A stretch of DNA of 64,000 nucleotides from positions 1 to 64,000 of the IMG/VR virus record IMGVR_UViG_3300008116_000173; one strand, 5' to 3'. Both the position numbers and the translations under genes were made by a program. This document shows, piece after piece, positions 39,144-48,506 of this stretch; position 1 is the first letter of the stretch, and each line of letters begins with the position of its first letter. Source of the DNA: a virus. The notes under the pieces were generated by a model. It had not been told where the DNA came from and did not search any database. It saw only the letters and a program-made list of their open reading frames with translations.

Positions 39144-39953
39144 TTAAATTAATTGTTTAATGTTAGTAATATTTAAATTATAATCTTCAATAATATCGGT
39201 AGCTATCCGTTGATTGCATGAATTAACAGCATCAATTATATCACCAGGGTTAGTAATAATACCACCTTGATTAACAAAATTAATAGCTGCTTGTGTTTGG
39301 TCATAAACCCAGCTTATAAGTTGGTCATTTTGTATAAAATAACTACTTAATACACGGTATTCTACACCATATTTCTTCATCCTAAAATCACCAGCTTTAC
39401 CATACATTTTCCTACGTTCATTATCTGGGTCAATAAGTACACTAGGTACACCTAGGAATAAATCCATAGCCCTGATAATATCAATAGAAGTTTGATCATT
39501 AGGATTATCATAACCCACATGAATATGCATACCAGTAGTACGTAATGTATAATCACTACGATCTACCTGATGTTCTTCAAATGACCATGCATCATATGAT
39601 TTACTACAACCCATATGCTGAGCTGCAGGATTGCTTAAATCATCTTCATTAAAACGTGCTGAAGCTACATAATGAGGTATTAATTCTAAAGGCTTTAATA
39701 CTGTTTCAGTAATATAATTCTTTACAAAATTAATACTATTAATAAATTCAGTTTTAGTTGTAGCTGGCGGTATTGTAAATTCTAATGCCACGTTATCTTC
39801 TTGTAAAGAATAGCCTATATTTTCTTCATTAATAGGGATAGGTTTTTCTTTTGTACCACCAACTAAACCACATACAGGTACATATTTACCATAAAGTGGT
39901 GAGTATAAAAATAATTCAGGATCTGTACCAATTTTTGCGTTATTAATTTTCAT
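39144..39953 (-). CDS. phiEco32-like COOH-NH2 ligase type 2
   Basis: IGTDPELF, GGTKEKP, QEDNVALEF, GMHIHVGY, RRKMYGKAG, YGVEYRVLS. Confidence 0.9.
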   Translation of the reverse strand: MKINNAKIGTDPELFLYSPLYGKYVPVCGLVGGTKEKPIPINEENIGYSLQEDNVALEFTIPPATTKTEFINSINFVKNYITETVLKPLELIPHYVASARFNEDDLSNPAAQHMGCSKSYDAWSFEEHQVDRSDYTLRTTGMHIHVGYDNPNDQTSIDIIRAMDLFLGVPSVLIDPDNERRKMYGKAGDFRMKKYGVEYRVLSSYFIQNDQLISWVYDQTQAAINFVNQGGIITNPGDIIDAVNSCNQRIATDIIEDYNLNITNIKQLI

Positions 39954-39958
39954 AGTTT

Positions 39959-40525
39959 TTAAATTAGTTTGTTAAAAATTTTAATTAAGCCACCACGTTT
40001 ATTTACATATTGATCTACAATAGCATATGATTGAGCTAAATAAGGTTCTAAAAGTAAATTAGCAGTATTATCAGCACTAACACTATATGTTACACATGTA
40101 TAACCAAATAAATCAGCTAAATCTTCAGCAATAGTTAATCCTAATTCAAAATATTCAGGATGTTTATTGCTGCCATACATACCATTTAATTCCATATTGT
40201 TAATAACTGCAGTTGAACAATTACCAAATAATTCATTTACATTAAATCTTATATTTGATAATGGTCTATATTGTTCATATTCACTTTTAGTTTCATAAAA
40301 ATAAATACGAAACTCATTATCAATAAAATGTGCATGAATAGTATTATTAGCTTTACTTATAACTCTTATATGTTTAGGCTTTATAATTTTACTATATTTT
40401 TCCTGAATTAATTTTGTAGCTAAAGATTCAATATAAAGATCTAATGCTTTTAAAAACATAGGTGCTTTGTGAGCATCCATACCACCATAATTTGATTTGA
40501 TGTTTTTTATTTCATTTCTTTCCAT
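39959..40525 (-). CDS. Hypothetical protein in the ligase cluster, possibly GNAT-like
   Basis: 188 aa; GNCSTAVINNM...FGYTCVTYSV; the fold guess is weak. Confidence 0.45.
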   Translation of the reverse strand: MERNEIKNIKSNYGGMDAHKAPMFLKALDLYIESLATKLIQEKYSKIIKPKHIRVISKANNTIHAHFIDNEFRIYFYETKSEYEQYRPLSNIRFNVNELFGNCSTAVINNMELNGMYGSNKHPEYFELGLTIAEDLADLFGYTCVTYSVSADNTANLLLEPYLAQSYAIVDQYVNKRGGLIKIFNKLI

Positions 40526-41367
40526 TTTAAAATAATTAAATTTGTTAATTGTTGTAAATAATGTTTATGTGTTAATGTACCAAATGATGGTGCGCTACAA
40601 CTTTCAATAATAATATATTCACAAGATTTTCTTCTTTGACCTTTACTATTAGTTGCAGATTGTACTTTTACATCAAAAGCGCCTATATCTAAACCTAATT
40701 GTTTTAAAGCTTTAACACAATCCTGTATAATATCATTAAAATTAATAGGTTCATCAAATTTTTCATTGTCTTGTAAAATCCATACACAGTTATCATCATG
40801 TCTTTGAAAACGTTTATTTTCAGGTGTATCATTTTTTAACATTTTACGACAGGTATAAAAACAACCATTTTCAGTAACATGTAAACGATATTCACGAGAA
40901 TATGTATAGAATTTCTCAAATATATAATTACTTAAGTCCTTATCAGCCATCCATGCTTTTAGTTCTTCTGGTGTATTATGTTTTACATTACCAGTACCAC
41001 GTGAACCATGTATATGTTTAGATAACATAGGATATGGTAAATCATTAATAGATACTGAAATATTAAGTTTTTTATCTAAAAACATAATTTCTGAATTAGC
41101 ACTATTAAAAGTATACCAATCTGCTGTTTTTATATTGGCTTGGTTAAAACATTGTTTCATTAGAAACTTATTAGCACTATTAATTATACCTTGTATAGAA
41201 TTTATTTCTACTTGAGGTTTAAATATAGCACCACTTGTTGTAGAACCTAAGCGTATAACAGATCTGAATCTAAATAAAGGTAATTCACTACGTAAATTAC
41301 TATGACTAGGATGTCTACTAAATACTTTTGGTCTAAAAGCTGTTAATTTTTTCTTTTTAGTAATCAT
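40507..41367 (-). CDS. ATP-grasp ligase
   Basis: NKFLMKQCF, HGSRGTG, EYRLHV, LGLDIGAFDV, IIESCSAPS. Confidence 0.85.
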   Translation of the reverse strand: MITKKKKLTAFRPKVFSRHPSHSNLRSELPLFRFRSVIRLGSTTSGAIFKPQVEINSIQGIINSANKFLMKQCFNQANIKTADWYTFNSANSEIMFLDKKLNISVSINDLPYPMLSKHIHGSRGTGNVKHNTPEELKAWMADKDLSNYIFEKFYTYSREYRLHVTENGCFYTCRKMLKNDTPENKRFQRHDDNCVWILQDNEKFDEPINFNDIIQDCVKALKQLGLDIGAFDVKVQSATNSKGQRRKSCEYIIIESCSAPSFGTLTHKHYLQQLTNLIILKWKEMK

Positions 41368-42134
41368 AAAAGTTTAAGGTTTTTTTGGTCTATCATAAAA
41401 AGATAATTTTTAGATTTAATCTGACAATATGTTGTAGAAGATACTTTACGTATATCACTTACAACATAATCAGTTTTTACATTTAAAGGAAGACGACCAG
41501 GATTAATTATATTAACTTTACTACCTACAACTATTTTAGTAATTTTAGGTAAAGAATAACCTTTAAATAATTGTATAAAATTAGGTTCAACTAATTCTAA
41601 ATCAGAAGCTACAAATTTTAAACTTTTATTAATTTCAGGGTTATATACTTCAGCAATAGTTTGTGTTTCACCTGTTTCTTTACAAACATAATTGGTTAAA
41701 ACTTTTGTAATTACAAATTGTTTACCAACCATACTTTGTTTGACATTTGTATATTTAAAAAGCTCACTAGATTTTTTAAAATCTACAACTTTAAATATTA
41801 AATTATCAAGTAAATTTTTATAACCTGAAAGTTCAAGATGTGCAAATTGTATAGTATTATTAAAATTTATTAATGAATCAGTTCTAAATCTATGTATAAA
41901 ATCTTTTAACTCAAATAATCTATAATTTTTAGTAGAATTATCTAAAATTATTATAAAATTTTTCTCTTGATATTCAGGTTTAAATCTTATAATAAAAGCA
42001 TTATAACCTTGTATTAAACTATTATGTATATGACGATAAGCACCTGTTGCATATCTGACATATTCTACACGTGTATCTGTTAAAATTAATCGTTTTATAT
42101 GTTCTGTTAAGTTATTAAAATTGTTCATAATCAA
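41364..42134 (-). CDS. Hypothetical protein, possible SH3-like beta domains
   Basis: 256-aa ORF overlapping PolB and the ATP-grasp gene. Confidence 0.55.
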   Translation of the reverse strand: MIMNNFNNLTEHIKRLILTDTRVEYVRYATGAYRHIHNSLIQGYNAFIIRFKPEYQEKNFIIILDNSTKNYRLFELKDFIHRFRTDSLINFNNTIQFAHLELSGYKNLLDNLIFKVVDFKKSSELFKYTNVKQSMVGKQFVITKVLTNYVCKETGETQTIAEVYNPEINKSLKFVASDLELVEPNFIQLFKGYSLPKITKIVVGSKVNIINPGRLPLNVKTDYVVSDIRKVSSTTYCQIKSKNYLFMIDQKNLKLL

Positions 42135-44034
42135 ATAATGTTAATTGTTTATCAATAATTAAATTTATTTCTTTATAACATTCTGTTACATAAAAATTAT
42201 AATCAATATTATATTGAGCAATTGGTTTTGCTACATATGTATTAAATATAGTTACTGTGTAACCTTTGTTAATTAATTCTGTAGTACCTTTTTTATAATG
42301 TTTTATAAATACAGCACCTTTGTTAGATATATAATATCTGACATTTTTTTGTTGTTTTTCTCTAATGATTTGTTCACCATTTAAATAATGAATTTCACTA
42401 TGGTCACCTTCCCTGAATTTCTGTCTACCACAAAAATCATAAATATTGGTATGGTTTAATATTGTAGTTTCTACAGGTGTATTATTTACAAAATACTCTT
42501 GTAATGCTAAAGGTATAATCCTAAATGAATTATCCTTATGATAAGCTGGTTCACTACCAACTACTTTATCTACTTCAAACCTACCTTTATTTTTAATTTT
42601 ACCTTTAGTAGATACAGCAATATAATTATTAACATCAGCAATAATCATTTTACTGTAATTCACATATTCAAGATTTAATTTAGTTTTAACTTCCCAATCT
42701 TTACACAATTGATAATATAAAGCTTCATCTGACTTTTTAAGTTTTACAGTAATACCATCAGTATTAACTTGTAAAACAGTCAGGTTACTTATAGTATCAA
42801 CTAATGTTTCAGCAAGCAAGCTTAATAACAATTGACCATTTAATGTTATACTCATTGTAAACTTTGGGTCATATAAAAAGCTGTTAACATCATTAGATTT
42901 ACCATATACACTATTAGCAGCAAGCTTAAATCCATCAGATAACACCATATTACCTGCTTTTTTAGCCTGCATACGTAAATCAATAATACCTTTATATACT
43001 TCAACAAAGTCCTGACCTAAATGCTCAGGGTAAAATCCATTAGTAATAGCTAAATTAGGGTATAGTGAACCCACATCAGCATCAATAATAATAGTTTCAT
43101 TATCAGCTTCATACACACCAGGTTTAATACAACCATGAATACCACCAGTACCATAATCATACTTAAAACCTTTATAAACAACAGATTCTGCAAAAGCACC
43201 TTTAGTATTATTTATGGTAGTTTGTTTAAAAGTATGTAGTAATGTGTTAAATTCTACAGAGTTAAACGTAATGTAAGGTAAAATAACGTCATTTAAGGCT
43301 ATTTTTAGCCTATCTGAGCGTAGTTTTTTAACTTCATGTGTGTCAGTATCAGTTTTATCACAATAAAGCTTTAAAATCAATTGTTCGCCTATTTTACTAT
43401 CAGACCAGTTTAAGCATGGTATGTTATAGGTGTTCATTAAAGATTTGCGTAATTCAATTTTAGGTAATGATTTCTTATAAAATTCATAAGTAGCCATAAC
43501 ATCATTAAGGTTATAGGCTAATATACCTGCAATTTCTTCAGCTGTAATATTAGTTCTGGTATGTTCTATTGGCATTTCCATAACATTAGGGTAGTTCATG
43601 CTAATCTCTAAGGATTTTAAGCTTGTACTCCTGGCTTTGTTATTATAATGCCATAGTTTAAATAGATCTAATTGAGGTATTAATACTTCAGAGTGTTTAA
43701 CTGCTACAACATTGTGGAATTTATCTTGTATTTGTTCCTGTATAATTTGTTGAGCTTTAAGGTAAAGGCCATCAACGATTTCATAAGGGTTATTTTTAAC
43801 TCTATAACTCCTTGTTGTTATCAATTTATGAATAACAGGATAGTCAAAATTAACATTATTAAAACCTATGTGGCCTTTACATATTTTCAAATGCTTTAAC
43901 AGTTCTTTACAATCATTCCTATCCTTATGTATAACATATTGCACAGTTTCATGTGTATCAATGTTATACGCTGTATAGGTAAAACAACTAGCTAATGTTT
44001 CAATATCATATACCCATACATTTCTGTTATCCAT
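42115..44034 (-). CDS. polB: Family B DNA polymerase
   Basis: ExoI YDIET, ExoII FNNVNFD, ExoIII YNLNDV; DADVGSLYPN, KLAANSVYG, NTDG. Confidence 0.92.
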   Translation of the reverse strand: MDNRNVWVYDIETLASCFTYTAYNIDTHETVQYVIHKDRNDCKELLKHLKICKGHIGFNNVNFDYPVIHKLITTRSYRVKNNPYEIVDGLYLKAQQIIQEQIQDKFHNVVAVKHSEVLIPQLDLFKLWHYNNKARSTSLKSLEISMNYPNVMEMPIEHTRTNITAEEIAGILAYNLNDVMATYEFYKKSLPKIELRKSLMNTYNIPCLNWSDSKIGEQLILKLYCDKTDTDTHEVKKLRSDRLKIALNDVILPYITFNSVEFNTLLHTFKQTTINNTKGAFAESVVYKGFKYDYGTGGIHGCIKPGVYEADNETIIIDADVGSLYPNLAITNGFYPEHLGQDFVEVYKGIIDLRMQAKKAGNMVLSDGFKLAANSVYGKSNDVNSFLYDPKFTMSITLNGQLLLSLLAETLVDTISNLTVLQVNTDGITVKLKKSDEALYYQLCKDWEVKTKLNLEYVNYSKMIIADVNNYIAVSTKGKIKNKGRFEVDKVVGSEPAYHKDNSFRIIPLALQEYFVNNTPVETTILNHTNIYDFCGRQKFREGDHSEIHYLNGEQIIREKQQKNVRYYISNKGAVFIKHYKKGTTELINKGYTVTIFNTYVAKPIAQYNIDYNFYVTECYKEINLIIDKQLTLFDYEQF

Positions 44035-44036
44035 AT

Positions 44037-44216
44037 TTAGTTTTTATTTATATTTTTAGTTTCTTTAATAAGTTCATTAGCATCTCTAAGTGCTAATTCA
44101 TAACCTTTTAAAAAACCTATAACATATGCACTTCTTTCAACTTCAGTATTATCTTCCATACCATAAGTTTGTACAGCTGCATATTTAGCTGCTGATTTTA
44201 ATTCTTCTAAATTCAT
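44037..44216 (-). CDS. Hypothetical protein, 59 aa (not in ORF track)
   Basis: Hand-translated MNLEELKSAAKYAAVQTYGMEDNTEVERSAYVIGFLKGYELAL...; fills the gap and overlaps the upstream stop. Confidence 0.6.
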   Translation of the reverse strand: MNLEELKSAAKYAAVQTYGMEDNTEVERSAYVIGFLKGYELALRDANELIKETKNINKN

Positions 44217-44518
44217 AATTTATCTATTAAACATGTTGATTTGTTGTGTGAATTAGCATAACCACCACAATAAGGGCATTTAACTTCTAAAGGACCTGTA
44301 ATAGAAGCATATACTTTACCTTGATATAATGGTACATTATGATAATATTCAGGATGTGTAAATTCATCTATATAATTGTAATCTACTCTTACATTATCTA
44401 AATGTGTTTGTGCTTCATTAAGTGCTGGTATTTCAGTAAAATGTACTTCAAACCTTTGTTTGTTGTATTCATCTTCAATAAACCAGTTATCTTTAATTTT
44501 ATGTAATCTACCTTTCAT
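44213..44518 (-). CDS. Hypothetical protein with C-terminal Zn-finger-like motif
   Basis: CPYCGG...H...C. Confidence 0.55.
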   Translation of the reverse strand: MKGRLHKIKDNWFIEDEYNKQRFEVHFTEIPALNEAQTHLDNVRVDYNYIDEFTHPEYYHNVPLYQGKVYASITGPLEVKCPYCGGYANSHNKSTCLIDKL

Positions 44519-44721
44519 AGTTTTTCTATTTCTTGTTTGACTTTAGTCCAAAATTCATATCCTCTATCAGCACCCATGTAACCTAATACTTCATTACAAG
44601 TTATTAAAGCACATTCTTTAGCATTTTCTAGCGAAAGAGTGGTGTATTGAGCTTGCTCCCATTTAATTCCGAGATATCCAAACTTTTGACATAGTTGGAG
44701 TGCTTTTTCTCTTGGTGTCAT
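44515..44721 (-). CDS. Small phage protein (MTPxEKA type)
   Basis: MTPREKA...AKECALI...FWTKVKQEIEKL. Confidence 0.6.
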   Translation of the reverse strand: MTPREKALQLCQKFGYLGIKWEQAQYTTLSLENAKECALITCNEVLGYMGADRGYEFWTKVKQEIEKL

Positions 44722-45398
44722 ATTTCAAATATATTTCCGTTATATGTTAAACCTAAATCAAATCTTCTATCAGTTACTCCTGCTGCATTACTAAATGTAA
44801 TACCATAGTCAGGTAAATATCTGAATCCAGTATTGATTATATCTTCAAAGTTGTGAATGTGTCCTGATAAAAAGTATTTTGGTTTAATTCTATCCAAAAC
44901 ATGTTTGCGCAAAGCACCATCACCACAAAACTCTAATACATTTTGTCTATTTCGAGATAAATCCAATATACCTTTGCATGGACCATGCACTGCAACTATA
45001 TCCATTCCTTCAGGTATTTGTTCCCAAACACGGTTTATAGTTTCTCTTGATTTCATAAAAGCCCAATTACCAAATGTTGGTGTGAATGGACTACCAAATA
45101 TCTTTATACCATTTACATCCATCCAATCGTGATTGAGTAAATGAATGCCACGAGATATAAAATCAGATACTTTAACCAAACCACGTTCAATTGAAGTATC
45201 ATGATTACCTGGAATGAAGATTTTGTTTGGTATAGGTACTTGTTCATACCAATCTATAAACTTACGAACTTCATTTTCATTAGGAAATGGGTCTTTGTGA
45301 TTACTACAATCGCCTGTATGAATAACCAAGTCAATATCTTCAGGTATAACAAGTCGGAGGTGAAATCCGTGTGTATCTGATATGTGCCAAATTTTCAT
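44718..45398 (-). CDS. Calcineurin-like metallophosphoesterase
   Basis: ISDTH, HTGD, PGNHD, HGP, GHIH. Confidence 0.92.
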   Translation of the reverse strand: MKIWHISDTHGFHLRLVIPEDIDLVIHTGDCSNHKDPFPNENEVRKFIDWYEQVPIPNKIFIPGNHDTSIERGLVKVSDFISRGIHLLNHDWMDVNGIKIFGSPFTPTFGNWAFMKSRETINRVWEQIPEGMDIVAVHGPCKGILDLSRNRQNVLEFCGDGALRKHVLDRIKPKYFLSGHIHNFEDIINTGFRYLPDYGITFSNAAGVTDRRFDLGLTYNGNIFEI

Positions 45399-45400
45399 AA

Positions 45401-45661
45401 TTACATATAGTTTTGATTATAGTATTCTTCAAATGTTAAAGATTCAGTATTACCTTTAACCATATTAAATGCTGATTGACCACCTGCAATAAAAGATTTA
45501 TGCATTTGTTGTTTACTTTTAGTAAGTGCTTTATTAGCAAGTAAACGCCAATTACTATTTAATTCAAAACTTGACATTTTATTAAGTTCATCAATAAACC
45601 ATTGTACAGCTAATTGTTCACAATCAGTTTCTGTATCATGTGCTTGGCAAGGTGTTTTCAT
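45401..45661 (-). CDS. Small phage protein (QxAVxW type)
   Basis: QLAVQWF...FEEYYNQNY. Confidence 0.55.
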   Translation of the reverse strand: MKTPCQAHDTETDCEQLAVQWFIDELNKMSSFELNSNWRLLANKALTKSKQQMHKSFIAGGQSAFNMVKGNTESLTFEEYYNQNYM

Positions 45662-45857
45662 TTGATTCTTGTGTTTTAAGTGATTCTTCTCTAAGTTTAT
45701 GACTAGCTACATCTAAAAATGCATTTAAATATGTACCACGTATACGTTTACTTTCATATAGTTGTTTTAATTCATCTAATGATAAAGCCATGTATTCATG
45801 GTATTTTTTAACATATGCATTATATTTTGCTATTTTATCTTTTTTAGTGAGTTTCAT
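45636..45857 (-). CDS. Hypothetical protein
   Basis: 73 aa, overlapping genes. Confidence 0.5.
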   Translation of the reverse strand: MKLTKKDKIAKYNAYVKKYHEYMALSLDELKQLYESKRIRGTYLNAFLDVASHKLREESLKTQESNENTLPST

Positions 45858-46107
45858 AGATTTTCCATTTTATTTTTAAGTTTTTATTTTGTGTTAGCAT
45901 ATTACCTATTATATTTTTAGTTTCATTTTTAGATAATGAGCCTATAAACTTTTTAAAATATAACACATTAAATAATATATAATACCTATAAACATCACAA
46001 TCACTGTAGCGTAAATCTAAGTATATAAATTCTTTAACTAAAATGGTATCAGACTTTTTTAATAAATTTTGTTTTAATTTATTTAATATTTTAATCATTT
46101 GTTTCAT
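45844..46107 (-). CDS. Hypothetical protein
   Basis: 87 aa, overlapping genes. Confidence 0.45.
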   Translation of the reverse strand: MKQMIKILNKLKQNLLKKSDTILVKEFIYLDLRYSDCDVYRYYILFNVLYFKKFIGSLSKNETKNIIGNMLTQNKNLKIKWKIYETH

Positions 46108-46300
46108 TTTGATTTAGTTTAGGTAGTTTAAATCTATTATTATTTCTATCAATATGCCCATTGTTATAATCATCTATACGTTGAGCAAGTTCCATTTTTT
46201 TGGCTTGTAAAATTGTTTTGTATGCATCTTCAATAGGCATACTTAAAAATGGCTTAATTTCTTCAATTAGAAATTCTACTGCTGTTTGTTTATTTTTCAT
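46091..46300 (-). CDS. Small phage protein (KQTAVE type)
   Basis: KQTAVEFL...QAKKME..RIDDY; paralog-like to 45401-45661. Confidence 0.55.
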   Translation of the reverse strand: MKNKQTAVEFLIEEIKPFLSMPIEDAYKTILQAKKMELAQRIDDYNNGHIDRNNNRFKLPKLNQNETND

Positions 46301-46487
46301 TGCGTATATTTTTTAAAGTATTTCGAATAAATTGTGTATTTTCACCCCAATACATTTCGCATTTACCATCATTGATTGGTGGTTCTACAAAATATGATTG
46401 GTAATATTCATTTGCTTTAACTGTGAATCTATAGCAAGAGTCTTTAATAGAACATCCTTCACCATTACATTTAGTTATATCTGCCAT
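46290..46487 (-). CDS. Small Cys-rich phage protein
   Basis: MADITKC.G.GC...SCYRF...QSYF...CEMYW. Confidence 0.65.
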   Translation of the reverse strand: MADITKCNGEGCSIKDSCYRFTVKANEYYQSYFVEPPINDGKCEMYWGENTQFIRNTLKNIRNEK

Positions 46488-46517
46488 TGTTTTGTTGTTT
46501 TACAATTTATTTTAGTT

Positions 46518-47375
46518 TTAAAATATGTATCTAATTGTATTCCAAGGTATTATACTATCATGTAATTCTTTAAACTGTTCAATAAACTCAGTTTTTAAAT
46601 AATGTTTATACCTTATATTTTTACCACCATATTGTGATATTTTATCTTCTTGAATATCTGGTTGCCATAATAATTCTTCACCAGGTATATTATTAATGAT
46701 ATTATATTGATGTTTATTAACATTATGTGTAAGGAATATAACTTCACATTTAACCATGTCTTTATAATCAACATAATCATTAACCATTTGAAATAAATAT
46801 TCATAATCTTCAAGCCAATTATGATATACTACGACAGGACTAAAATTAATATGTACATCATAACCAGCATCAATAAATGCATCAATAGCTTTAATTCTAT
46901 CTATTATTTCAGATGTATTAGGTTCTAATATATCAGATATATTTTGTGGCATAAGACTAAATCTAATCCTTACTTTAAATTCAGGATCAAATGTTGTTAA
47001 TGTAGGATTAACATATTTAGTAGCAAATGAACCAAAAGCTTTGGGATGTTCTTTAAAGAATTTAAATATATATTCCCATTTGTGGTATTTAGCATGTAAT
47101 GCAAAATCTTCATTACATGATATGTCATAAGTAATGTATTCTGAATGTGTTTGATTAGGTTTTGATACGTCAGCTAAAAACCAGACGTGATTATTTATAG
47201 CATCAAGTATTTGACTTGCATTATTAGCTATATCTAACCCATCTGGTTTATGCCTTTTCATATAACAATAACCACAATTGTACAGACATCCATAACCAAA
47301 ACTAGGACTAATATAATCAGTTGACCTACCACTAGGTCTGATTATCATTGATTTTCTTGTTAATTGTTTTAACAT
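46518..47375 (-). CDS. splB: Spore photoproduct lyase-like radical SAM enzyme
   Basis: GCLYNCGYCY (CxxxCxxC), DISCNED, FATK, RIRFSLMP, INFSPV, SQYGG.NIRY. Confidence 0.85.
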   Translation of the reverse strand: MLKQLTRKSMIIRPSGRSTDYISPSFGYGCLYNCGYCYMKRHKPDGLDIANNASQILDAINNHVWFLADVSKPNQTHSEYITYDISCNEDFALHAKYHKWEYIFKFFKEHPKAFGSFATKYVNPTLTTFDPEFKVRIRFSLMPQNISDILEPNTSEIIDRIKAIDAFIDAGYDVHINFSPVVVYHNWLEDYEYLFQMVNDYVDYKDMVKCEVIFLTHNVNKHQYNIINNIPGEELLWQPDIQEDKISQYGGKNIRYKHYLKTEFIEQFKELHDSIIPWNTIRYIF

Positions 47376-47389
47376 AATTTATTTTTTAG

Positions 47390-47457
47390 TAGTCAGGGCA
47401 GGTCCGAGCTGCATCTCTCATCTACTATGATGAGGCGTTACCTTACGCCACCTGACT
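47390..47457 (-). ncRNA. Degenerate tRNA-like element
   Basis: - strand reads AGTCAGG TG GCGT AAGGTA ACGC CTCATC ATAGTA GATGAG AGAT GCAG CTCGGAC CTGC CCTGACT A. This is a cloverleaf with a perfect 7-bp acceptor stem but non-canonical anticodon and T loops. Confidence 0.6.
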
Positions 47458-47468
47458 AACATTATTGA

Positions 47469-47657
47469 TTACTCAATAATTTCTTGTTTATTAATTACTT
47501 TAACTAACATTTTACCTATCCCCATCCATGATGAAGGTGCAAATTCATTTTTATCTGGATTTGTGGTATTAGTAGGTATAAATAATACCCAACCTACTAC
47601 TGATAATGCAGCTAAAAATGTTAATAATAGCCATATAATAAAACACCATTGTTTCAT
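47469..47657 (-). CDS. Small membrane protein
   Basis: Hydrophobic N-terminal segment, 62 aa. Confidence 0.55.
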   Translation of the reverse strand: MKQWCFIIWLLLTFLAALSVVGWVLFIPTNTTNPDKNEFAPSSWMGIGKMLVKVINKQEIIE

Positions 47658-47658
47658 A

Positions 47659-47934
47659 TTAGTATGTTATTATAACTTGGTTATTATTAATAGTTAAAGA
47701 TTTAATATTAAAACGTAATTCACGTGTTGTTGTATTTGATACAACAGGTGTAATACGGCTTATAGTACGTTTAGATGATACATTATTCATCTTATGTAGT
47801 TTTGATGCTATACTGCTATAAGTACGTTTATATGTAAGCATATGCATTTTAATAGCATTTAAACGTGATTTACCTTTAAGTGTATTGATAATGTTTAATT
47901 GTTTTATTTCTGAATTTGTGAATTGTTGACGCAT
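47659..47934 (-). CDS. Small basic protein, possibly HTH/Myb-like
   Basis: FTNSEIKQL...RTYSSIASKL. Confidence 0.5.
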   Translation of the reverse strand: MRQQFTNSEIKQLNIINTLKGKSRLNAIKMHMLTYKRTYSSIASKLHKMNNVSSKRTISRITPVVSNTTTRELRFNIKSLTINNNQVIITY

Positions 47935-47951
47935 GATTATGTATAATTAAT
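47933..47951 (-). promoter_or_regulatory. 19-bp repeated motif, copy 1 (candidate early regulatory element)
   Basis: ATGATTATGTATAATTAAT, identical to 49462-49480. Confidence 0.45.
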
Positions 47952-47958
47952 AATTAAT

Positions 47959-47992
47959 AAAAAATAGGGTAGTATATTTCAACTACCCTATT
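47959..47992 (-). terminator. Intrinsic terminator
   Basis: AATAGGGTAGT-ATATTTCA-ACTACCCTATT, 11-bp stem with A tract, after the 48002-48460 gene. Confidence 0.85.
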
Positions 47993-48001
47993 ACGTGATT
48001 A

Positions 48002-48460
48002 TTATGCATTTAAAGCAACTGTCCTAGTTGCAGCTTGAAATGCTTTAATTTCAGCGGTATTATTATGCTGAATTAATGTATCAACTACACTTAAATCATC
48101 AACATATTCAGTACGACGATAAATAGGTTGACCATTAAATGTACAAGTTGGTGCATTTTCAGCATTACCAGCACGTTTAAGTTGTGAACCTAATTCTTTA
48201 GTTAGTGTTTCAACCACAATGATATTACCACTCATTTCCATACCTGGTACAAGAAATGTTTTAGCTTTTTCATAAGCTTCTAAAGATATAGATTTTAAAG
48301 CTGTACGTACTTTAACGCTAGCAACGCTAGATGACATATCTACAACTTGTTGTTCTAGACGTAAATAGCCATAAACTTTACCATCTTTACCTAAAGATTC
48401 ATTAGCTGTGAATACTGTGCCTGTTGAAGGATTTACTGTTAATTTTACATTTGATTTCAT
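48002..48460 (-). CDS. Hypothetical early protein, possible OB-fold
   Basis: 152 aa, beta-rich, followed by its own terminator. Confidence 0.55.
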   Translation of the reverse strand: MKSNVKLTVNPSTGTVFTANESLGKDGKVYGYLRLEQQVVDMSSSVASVKVRTALKSISLEAYEKAKTFLVPGMEMSGNIIVVETLTKELGSQLKRAGNAENAPTCTFNGQPIYRRTEYVDDLSVVDTLIQHNNTAEIKAFQAATRTVALNA

Positions 48461-48506
48461 AATTTTTGTTTTTTAATTGTTTTTGATTGGTTAGTTAATT
48501 AATTGA

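Noticed and set aside
1281-41367. Idea that GG-ended cargo peptides are conjugated by the ligase cluster in ubiquitin/Pup fashion
   Set aside because: Nothing in the sequence links them: the genes are in different expression blocks and no E1/ThiF or Ubl fold is seen. It is kept only as speculation.
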